From Arcobacter sp. (lineage in GTDB: Bacteria > Campylobacterota > Campylobacteria > Campylobacterales > Arcobacteraceae): a DNA stretch of 11,751 nt. Of this stretch, positions 1-6,705 are shown one piece after another (position 1 is the first letter of the stretch; every line of letters begins with the position of its first letter). A program made the translations under genes and the position numbers. Below the pieces are notes generated by a model. It had not been told where the DNA came from, ran no database searches, and was given only the letters and a program-made list of their open reading frames with translations. The stretch lies in assembly GCA_965662175.1 (NCBI GenBank), contig CBFIGT010000069.1, positions 1-11,751 of the forward strand, in the 5' to 3' direction.

Positions 1-284
1 ATAAAATATTTTTACATATGTATACTCAAGTTGATAACCCAAAATTTAAAATAATTGAAAATATTTCAGAAAAAAACATCTCTTATATAAAATGGGAGTT
101 TATTTTTTCTTTTAAAAATAGTAAAAATATTGAGAGTTTTACAGGTGTAAGTAGAGTTTTGTTTAGTGAAAATAGAAAAGTCATTTTCCATGAAGATTTT
201 TGGGATAGTTCAGAGAATTTATATGAAAAGATTCCTATTTTATCTTTTTTTATGAAACTAATAAAAAGAAAATTATCAAATTGA
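1..284 (+). CDS. SnoaL-like / NTF2-family protein, 5' truncated by the window edge
   Basis: The frame is open from base 3 (KIFLHMYTQVDNPKF...), so the ATG at 18 is probably internal. The C-terminal GVS...HEDFWDSSENLYEKIPIL fits the H-x-D-[YF]-W-D...YE-x-[IL]P motif of NTF2/SnoaL proteins found in cfa/DUF1365 clusters. The TGA stop overlaps the next start (TTGA, 281-284). Confidence 0.85.
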   Translation, partial: KIFLHMYTQVDNPKFKIIENISEKNISYIKWEFIFSFKNSKNIESFTGVSRVLFSENRKVIFHEDFWDSSENLYEKIPILSFFMKLIKRKLSN

Positions 285-1513
285 AAACAAAACTATTTTA
301 TCCACTAATTGCGATGCCTTTGGCAATATTAGGTGTTCCTTTATATATATATTTACCAACATACTATGCAACAAATATAAATCTTAGTTTAAGTAGTGTT
401 GGCATTTTATTATTTATTGCAAGATTAACAGATGTGATTAGTGATCCCTTTTTTGGATATATAAGTGATTATTCTCAAAAAACATTTGATAGTAAAAAAC
501 CTATTATGATAATTGGTTTAATAATATTGATTTTATCTTTTTATTTACTAATAAATCCAAATAAAGAGTATGCTAGTTTTTACCTTTTTCTATGCTCTAT
601 TTTAGTATATGGTGGCTGGAGTATGATAAATATTCCTTATCTTAGTTGGTCTGCTGAAATAACTACAAACTATTATGAAAAAAGTAAATTAAATGCTTCA
701 AGGGAATTATTCACAATATTAGGATTAATAACAGCTTTATTGATACCATATTTTTTAAATAGTAGTGAAAATTTAGAAAAAACATTAAATATTTTATTTA
801 TTACATTTATACTCTTAATAATACCATTTTTCACAATATCACTATTTTTTATAAAACCCAAAATAATAAAAAAAAGTGAGAACTATAGTTTTAAAGATAT
901 AAAAAATCTATATAAAACTATTCCCAAACTAAAAAATTTACATTTAGCATATTTTTTAAATAATACAGCAAATGCATTTCCAGCAACTCTTTTTTTACTC
1001 TATATTGCAACTGTTATAAAAGAAGAGAGTTTTAGTGGTTTAGTTTTAATCTCTTATTTTATAGCAGGTGTTCTAGCTCTTCCTATTTGGATAATATTAT
1101 CTAAAAAAATAGCTAAAATAGATATTTGGAAATACTCTATAATCTTAGCATCATGTGCTTTTATTTTTATTCCATTTTTAAATGAAAATGATTTAGTTCT
1201 TTTTATTATAATCTCAATTATTTCAGGTTTATCTTTGGGTGCTGATATAACATTTCCAAGCTCAATTCACTCAGATATAGTACAAAAAAACAGTAATGAA
1301 CATACAGGTTTACTCTTTGGAATATGGTCTATGATAAGTAAGATTTCCTTAGCTTTTAGTATTGCCTTTTCATTTATAATATTAGATTTTGTAGATTTTG
1401 ATAAAACAAATAGTTCCCAAATTGCTATTTTTACAATAATGATTTTATATGGAGTTATGCCTATTATATTAAAAGTTTTTTCATTATTTATTATAAAAAA
1501 CTATAAAGAATAA
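281..1513 (+). CDS. MFS transporter, GPH (MFS_2, Na+/melibiose symporter-like) family
   Basis: 410 aa with about 12 hydrophobic segments. GPH motifs ARLTDVISDPFFGYISD, IPYLSWSAEIT and GLLFGIWSMISKISLA are present. The TTG start overlaps the upstream stop codon. Confidence 0.88.
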   Translation: MKTKLFYPLIAMPLAILGVPLYIYLPTYYATNINLSLSSVGILLFIARLTDVISDPFFGYISDYSQKTFDSKKPIMIIGLIILILSFYLLINPNKEYASFYLFLCSILVYGGWSMINIPYLSWSAEITTNYYEKSKLNASRELFTILGLITALLIPYFLNSSENLEKTLNILFITFILLIIPFFTISLFFIKPKIIKKSENYSFKDIKNLYKTIPKLKNLHLAYFLNNTANAFPATLFLLYIATVIKEESFSGLVLISYFIAGVLALPIWIILSKKIAKIDIWKYSIILASCAFIFIPFLNENDLVLFIIISIISGLSLGADITFPSSIHSDIVQKNSNEHTGLLFGIWSMISKISLAFSIAFSFIILDFVDFDKTNSSQIAIFTIMILYGVMPIILKVFSLFIIKNYKE

Positions 1514-1551
1514 TTAATTAAGTATTAAACGACATAAACTAACTATTAATT

Positions 1552-1579
1552 TTGCTTATTTTTAAGGATAATTCATAAT
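1552..1579 (+). promoter_or_regulatory. Putative sigma70-type internal promoter upstream of the FAD oxidoreductase
   Basis: TTGCTT (1552-1557), a 16-nt spacer and CATAAT (1574-1579) lie in the only sizeable intergenic gap of the cluster (115 nt). The AT-rich background makes chance matches likely. Confidence 0.35.
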
Positions 1580-1628
1580 CTTAACTATATTAAAACAATA
1601 AATAGTAATAAGAGAATGGAAATTATTA

Positions 1629-2885
1629 ATGAAAAATGAAAATGAAAAATTAAATATCGCTGTTATTGGTGCTGGAATAAGTGGCTTAGCTTCTGCTTAT
1701 TTATTAAGTAAAAAACATAATGTGGATATTTATGAAAAAGAGAATAGATTAGGTGGACATGCAAGAACAACTATGGTTAAAGAAGAAAATAAAGAGTTCG
1801 GTGTAGATACCGGTTTTTTAGTTTTTAATCATGAAACATATCCACTTCTTACAAAGCTATTTCAAGAGCTAGATGTAAAAATAGAAAAAAGTAATATGAG
1901 CTTTGGTTTTTGGGATAAAAAATCAAACAAAGCTTACAATGGTGAATCACTAACAGGTATGTTTTTTCAAAAAAGAAATATTTTTTCATTTAGTCATTAT
2001 AGAATGATTTTTGATATTTTAAAATTTAATACAAATGCAAATATAGATGTTTCAACAAATAGTTTAAGTGAAGATATAACATTAGAAGAGTATTTAAAAC
2101 CCTACTCAAAATATTTTATTGAGAGATATTTATACCCAATGGGAGCATCTATTTGGTCAACACCATCAAATAAAATGAATGAATTTCCAGCTCGTACTTT
2201 TTTACAATTTTTTAAAAACCATGGATTATTAGGAGTTAATACCCAACACCAATGGCTAACTGTTTCTAATGGTTCTATAAATTATGTAAATAAAATATCA
2301 AAAAAAATATCAGGTAATATATTTTTAAATTCAAATATAAAATCTGTCAAAAGAGAAGAGAATAGTGTTTTAATTACTTTTAATAATGGGGAAACAAAAA
2401 GCTATGATAAAGTAGTATTTGCAAGCCATGCACCTGATACTTTAAATATCTTAGCTGATTCAAGTGATGATGAAAAAGAGATATTATCTTGCTTTAAATA
2501 TAAACAAAATAGCGCCCTACTTCATAATGATAAAACAGTTTTATATCCAAATAAAAAAATCTACGCAGCTTGGAATTATAAAACAAATGGTAATGATAAT
2601 AGCGTAACACTCTCATATTGGATAAATGTACTACAAAATCTAAAAACAAAAAAAGATTATTTTGTATCTTTAAATGAGATTGATAATGTATCAAATGCAA
2701 TAGAAAAAATAGAGTATGAACATCCACAATTTGATAAAAAAGCCATAAAAGCACAAACAAAAAGAGATGTGATAAATGGTAAAAATAATACATATTTTGC
2801 AGGTGCATATTGGAGATATGGATTTCATGAAGATGGATTATATAGTGCAAATACTATTGCAAAAGAGTTTGGATGTGAGTTATGA
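1629..2885 (+). CDS. FAD-dependent oxidoreductase (flavin amine oxidase fold), UfaD/RSP1091-like putative fatty acyl desaturase
   Basis: Rossmann motif IAVIGAGISGL...EKENRLGGHA, then DTGFLVFN..TYP, FFKNHGLL, AAWNY and GAYWRYGFHEDG. It lies directly upstream of the DUF1365 and CFA-family genes. Confidence 0.88.
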   Translation: MKNENEKLNIAVIGAGISGLASAYLLSKKHNVDIYEKENRLGGHARTTMVKEENKEFGVDTGFLVFNHETYPLLTKLFQELDVKIEKSNMSFGFWDKKSNKAYNGESLTGMFFQKRNIFSFSHYRMIFDILKFNTNANIDVSTNSLSEDITLEEYLKPYSKYFIERYLYPMGASIWSTPSNKMNEFPARTFLQFFKNHGLLGVNTQHQWLTVSNGSINYVNKISKKISGNIFLNSNIKSVKREENSVLITFNNGETKSYDKVVFASHAPDTLNILADSSDDEKEILSCFKYKQNSALLHNDKTVLYPNKKIYAAWNYKTNGNDNSVTLSYWINVLQNLKTKKDYFVSLNEIDNVSNAIEKIEYEHPQFDKKAIKAQTKRDVINGKNNTYFAGAYWRYGFHEDGLYSANTIAKEFGCEL

Positions 2886-3622
2886 GTCATAGATTTTTAG
2901 ATGGTGAAATTTATCATAAAAGATTTAGTCCAAAAACCCATAGTTTTAACTATAAATTTTTTATGTTAGATATTGATTTAGAAAATTTTGATACTCTAAA
3001 AAATAGATTATTCTCTATAAATAAATTTAATATATTTTCATTTCATACTAAAGACCACTTTGGAAATAAATCAAACTTTTTAGAAAATGTTGATTATTTA
3101 TTAAAACATTTTGATATTGATAAATCATCTAAAATGAGATTTATAACACTTCCCTCAATTTTGGGATATGTTTTTAATCCAATTAGCACTCTAATTATCT
3201 TTAAAGATAATACTCCAACACATCTAATAGCTGAAGTTCATAACTACAATGGAGGAAGGGTTTTATACCCTTTAGAGCTTGAAACAAGTGATAATAAGCT
3301 TTTCAAAGGTAAAACAAAAAAAGATATGTATGTTTCACCTTTTTTTAAAAGAGATGGGGATTATGAGATAAGTTTATATATAAATGATGAAGATTTTAGA
3401 CTAAACATAAAACTTTTTGAAAATGGTGTAAAAATGCTTACATCTACTTTTAGCGCAAAAGAGATGGAGTATTCAACAAAAAATATAAAAAAACTATTTT
3501 TTAAACATAGTTTTTTAACTATTTGGGTGGTAACTAGAACATTAGTTCAAAGTTTCAAATTAAAACTAAAAGGACTAGCTTGGAATAGTCCTATAAAACA
3601 AGATCAAATGAGGAGGTTATAA
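2882..3622 (+). CDS. DUF1365 family protein (UfaO/RSP1090-like)
   Basis: Motifs HKRFSPKTHSFNY, GYVFNPIS, AEVHN and VSPF are present. ATGA overlap with the upstream gene and TAATG overlap with the downstream gene. Confidence 0.9.
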   Translation: MSHRFLDGEIYHKRFSPKTHSFNYKFFMLDIDLENFDTLKNRLFSINKFNIFSFHTKDHFGNKSNFLENVDYLLKHFDIDKSSKMRFITLPSILGYVFNPISTLIIFKDNTPTHLIAEVHNYNGGRVLYPLELETSDNKLFKGKTKKDMYVSPFFKRDGDYEISLYINDEDFRLNIKLFENGVKMLTSTFSAKEMEYSTKNIKKLFFKHSFLTIWVVTRTLVQSFKLKLKGLAWNSPIKQDQMRRL

Positions 3623-4848
3623 TGAATTCTTTTTGGAATAAAATGGGAGATAAATATTTATCTAAAATAAAAAAAGGTAGTCTAGAGGTAAAATTTAGTA
3701 ACAATGTAGTAAAAAAATATGGTGATGGTAGTGAACCAAAAGCCGCAATAACACTACATAATGGAAATCTATTTAAAAGATTAACACTATTTGGAGATAT
3801 TGGTTTTGCTGAAAGTTATATGGACAAAGATTTTGATTGTGATAACTTAACAAATGTAATTAAAATAGCGCTTGTAAACTCAAAAGAGTTAAACACAAAA
3901 AGTGAAGATGAAAAAAAGTTCTCTTTATATAATCTATTTCCTGTTGTAAATAAAATCAAACACTATATGAGAAAAAACTCAAAAACAAAATCAAGAAAAA
4001 ATATTTCACAACATTATGATTTATCAAATGACTTTTTTAAACTTATGCTTGATGATACAATGATGTATTCAAGTGCTGTTTTTGAGCATGAAAATGAAGA
4101 TTTATATGATGCACAAAAAAGAAAAATCGATATTTTAGCTAGTAAACTAAAGCTAAAAGAGGGTTCAAAAGTTTTAGAGATTGGTTCAGGATGGGGTGCT
4201 ATGGCTATGCATTTAGTAAAAGAGCATAAATGCGATGTTACTACATTAACCCTTTCAAATGAGCAAAAAAAACTTTGTGAACAAAGATTTATGGAAGAAA
4301 AAATTGAAGAATCTATTAATATCATGTTAAAAGATTATAGGGATATGAAGGGTAAATTTGATGCAATAATTGCAGTTGAAATGTTTGAAGCAGTTGGTCG
4401 TGAATATTTTGATATTTTCTTTAAAAAATGTGAAGAACTTTTAAGTGAAGATGGTGTTTTAGTTATGCAAATAATAACTATGCCTGATCAAAGATATAAA
4501 TCATACTCAAAAGGAACTGACTTTATTCAAAAATATATTTTCCCAGGTGGTCACTTACCAAGTGTTGGAAAAATATTGGATGTAACATCTAAGCATACAA
4601 AACTAAACCTATTACATATGGATGATTTTACAGAGCATTATGCAAAAACACTAAATGTTTGGCATGATAATTTTATAAAAAAATTAGATGAAGTTAAGAA
4701 CTTAGGTTTTGATGAGTATTTTATTAGAATGTGGCAAATGTATTTATGTTATTGTGAAGCTGGTTTTTTAACAAGAAATATTAATCTTGTTCAAATATCA
4801 TTTACAAGATACCAAAATATGGGATTAAACAAAGGCTTAGTAGCATAG
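3622..4848 (+). CDS. Cyclopropane-fatty-acyl-phospholipid synthase family SAM-dependent methyltransferase (probably a UfaM-like fatty acyl methylase)
   Basis: Motifs NISQHYDLSNDFF, MMYSSA, SAM-binding VLEIGSGWG, FIQKYIFPGGHLPS, HYAKTL..W and YLCYCEAGF. Strong RBS AGGAGG at 3611-3616. Confidence 0.93.
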   Translation: MNSFWNKMGDKYLSKIKKGSLEVKFSNNVVKKYGDGSEPKAAITLHNGNLFKRLTLFGDIGFAESYMDKDFDCDNLTNVIKIALVNSKELNTKSEDEKKFSLYNLFPVVNKIKHYMRKNSKTKSRKNISQHYDLSNDFFKLMLDDTMMYSSAVFEHENEDLYDAQKRKIDILASKLKLKEGSKVLEIGSGWGAMAMHLVKEHKCDVTTLTLSNEQKKLCEQRFMEEKIEESINIMLKDYRDMKGKFDAIIAVEMFEAVGREYFDIFFKKCEELLSEDGVLVMQIITMPDQRYKSYSKGTDFIQKYIFPGGHLPSVGKILDVTSKHTKLNLLHMDDFTEHYAKTLNVWHDNFIKKLDEVKNLGFDEYFIRMWQMYLCYCEAGFLTRNINLVQISFTRYQNMGLNKGLVA

Positions 4849-4860
4849 AAAGAGTTTAAA

Positions 4861-5616
4861 ATGAAAGATTTTGATAGATTTTGGATTGTTGGAGGAAGTT
4901 CAGGTATAGGGCTTGAACTTGTAAAAATATTACTTAATGATAAAAAAAAAGTTATAGTAAGCTCTAGAAATGCAAGCACAAATGCTGAACTAAAATCTTT
5001 AAAAAACTCTTATGGTAATAATATATCATTAGTTGATTTGGATGTAACAAAGAGTATAAATAAAGAAACTATAGAAAATATTTGGAATATTTTTGCTGGA
5101 ATTGATATTTGGATTTATAATGCAGGTGCTTATGAAATAATGGATATTAACACTTGGGATAAAGATAAATTTGATACTTTAAATAAAACAAACTATTTGG
5201 GTGTAATAAATATTATGGTTTTATTAAAAGAGTATTTTTTAAATCAAGGCCATGGTAAATGGATATGGAATTTAAGTATCTCATCTTATTTTGGCTTACC
5301 AAAAGGTGGAGCTTATTCAGCTCCAAAAGCAGCTTTATTAAACCTAGCTCAATCAATTCAACCAGAACTAATAACAAATAATATTCATCTACAAGTAATA
5401 AACCATGGCTTTGTAAAAACTAGATTAACATCAAAAAATAAGTTTGAAATGCCACAACTAATGACAGCAATATTTGCAGCAAATAAAATATATGAACAGA
5501 TTTCTAAGACAAATAAGTTTGAGATTAGATTTCCATTTTTATTAAGTATGTTTTTGAGGTTTTTATCCCTATTACCATATAAAATCTCTTTGGCAATAAC
5601 AAAAAAGATGCTTTAA
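4861..5616 (+). CDS. Short-chain dehydrogenase/reductase (SDR)
   Basis: Glycine-rich motif VGGSSGIG, NAG motif, catalytic YxxxK (YSAPK) and GFVKTRLT..NKFEMP, typical of the SDRs in cfa/DUF1365 clusters. Confidence 0.92.
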   Translation: MKDFDRFWIVGGSSGIGLELVKILLNDKKKVIVSSRNASTNAELKSLKNSYGNNISLVDLDVTKSINKETIENIWNIFAGIDIWIYNAGAYEIMDINTWDKDKFDTLNKTNYLGVINIMVLLKEYFLNQGHGKWIWNLSISSYFGLPKGGAYSAPKAALLNLAQSIQPELITNNIHLQVINHGFVKTRLTSKNKFEMPQLMTAIFAANKIYEQISKTNKFEIRFPFLLSMFLRFLSLLPYKISLAITKKML

Positions 5617-5620
5617 TATT

Positions 5621-6142
5621 ATGAAAAAACTAATTTTTATAATTTTAATTCCTATTTTTGCCTTTTCAAATACTATTTTTCCAAAAGAAGTTGCTTATGT
5701 AAATATAGAAAAATTTACAGGATTATGGTATGAAATAGCAAGAACTTATAACAGTTTTGAAGAGGGTTGTATTGCACCAACAGTTGAATACACAAAAACA
5801 AAAGCAGATGAATTAAAAGTTCAAAATAGATGTTTTACAGATAAAATTGGTGGTAATCTAAAATCTTATGAAGGTCTTGTAAAACCTTTAAATAAAAATT
5901 CATTATCAACTTTAAATAAAACATATTTTTGGATTTTTTCAAAAGATTATAAAATAATATATTTAGATGATTATCAAACAGCTATTATGAGTGATGAAAA
6001 ACTAGAAAATCTTTGGATTATAAGTAGAGAACCAGAGTTAAAAGAGGAAAAATTAAAAGAAGTTCTTACTATTTTGGATAAATATATTGATACTAAAAAA
6101 CTAATATTTCCAAAACAAGATAAAAAAGGAAAATACAAATGA
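5621..6142 (+). CDS. Bacterial lipocalin (Blc-like), secreted
   Basis: Lipocalin motif FTGLWYEIAR, a conserved Cys pair (EEGC and NRC) and LWIISREP. The N-terminal signal peptide MKKLIFIILIPIFAFS has no lipobox Cys. Confidence 0.9.
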   Translation: MKKLIFIILIPIFAFSNTIFPKEVAYVNIEKFTGLWYEIARTYNSFEEGCIAPTVEYTKTKADELKVQNRCFTDKIGGNLKSYEGLVKPLNKNSLSTLNKTYFWIFSKDYKIIYLDDYQTAIMSDEKLENLWIISREPELKEEKLKEVLTILDKYIDTKKLIFPKQDKKGKYK

Positions 6143-6690
6143 GATTAAAAATTATAATTTTTGTTTTAATAACAACACTATTTACAGGATGTACAAGCAT
6201 GAAACTAGAAGATTTTGATAATAAAACACCGGAATTTATTCCACAAGAGTATTTCAATGGAAAACTAACAGCTTATGGTTTAGTTAAAAATAGAAGTGGT
6301 GAAATTATAAGAACATTTAAAGGAACATTAATTGGTTCTTGGGATGAAAATGGAGTTGGAACCTTAGATGAAAAATTTGTTTACGATGATGGTGAAAAAC
6401 TAACAAGGGTTTGGACTTTAAAACCAAATGGACACAAAAGTTTTGATGCAACAGCAGGTGATATAATAGGAACAGCAAAAATGCAAGCAAATGGAAATAC
6501 TCTTATGCTAGATTATGTTATGGAAGTACCATATAATGATTCAACTATAGAAATAAGTGTAAAAGATTGGCTTCATTTACAAGAAGATGGTGTGATTATA
6601 AATCACTCAAAAATGAAAAAATTTGGTTTTGTAGTTGGTGAATTAGTTATCACTATTATCAAAGATTTTGAAAGAGCCTCAGACCTTTAG
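6139..6690 (+). CDS. DUF3833 family lipoprotein
   Basis: Lipobox LFTG-C, then YFNGKLTAYG, LDEKFVYDDGE..RVW, AGDIIG.A, DWLHL and KFGF.VGE. RBS AAGGA and ATGA overlap with the lipocalin gene. Confidence 0.88.
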   Translation: MRLKIIIFVLITTLFTGCTSMKLEDFDNKTPEFIPQEYFNGKLTAYGLVKNRSGEIIRTFKGTLIGSWDENGVGTLDEKFVYDDGEKLTRVWTLKPNGHKSFDATAGDIIGTAKMQANGNTLMLDYVMEVPYNDSTIEISVKDWLHLQEDGVIINHSKMKKFGFVVGELVITIIKDFERASDL

Positions 6691-6703
6691 GTCTGAAAAC
6701 TCT
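6673..6703. terminator. Stem-loop at the convergent DUF3833/thiI junction, probable intrinsic terminator
   Basis: TCAGACC-TTTA-GGTCTGA (6679-6696) is a perfect 7-bp stem, extendable by AGAG/CTCT. On the minus strand G-U pairs lengthen it (AGAGTT-T-TCAGACC...GGTCTGA-GGCTCT). The U-tract is weak. Confidence 0.6.
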
Positions 6704-6705
6704 AA

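Noticed and set aside
673..861. 62-aa minus-strand ORF
   Set aside because: It is antisense to the well-supported MFS gene and has no recognisable motif, so it is a shadow ORF.
1538..1557. TTGC as a possible sigma54 -12 element
   Set aside because: There is no GG at the -24 position.
1629..1649. Short ATGAAA-like tandem repeat at the start of the FAD oxidoreductase
   Set aside because: It is only about three imperfect 6-nt units encoding MKNENEK, consistent with low-complexity coding sequence.
2494..2850. 118-aa His/Tyr/Phe-rich minus-strand ORF
   Set aside because: It lies antisense within the FAD oxidoreductase, and its composition reflects the complement of AT-rich codons.
4014..4325. 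103-aa Ser-rich minus-strand ORF
   Set aside because: It is an antisense shadow of the conserved methyltransferase core.
4942..4950. A9 tract in the SDR gene (also A8 at 868-875 in the MFS gene) as possible phase-variation sites
   Set aside because: The frames are intact and encode Lys runs. Such tracts are expected at this AT content, and no poly-G/C tracts typical of Campylobacterota phase variation were seen.
4791..4979. 62-aa minus-strand ORF across the methylase/SDR junction
   Set aside because: It overlaps two real genes on the opposite strand and shows no motif.
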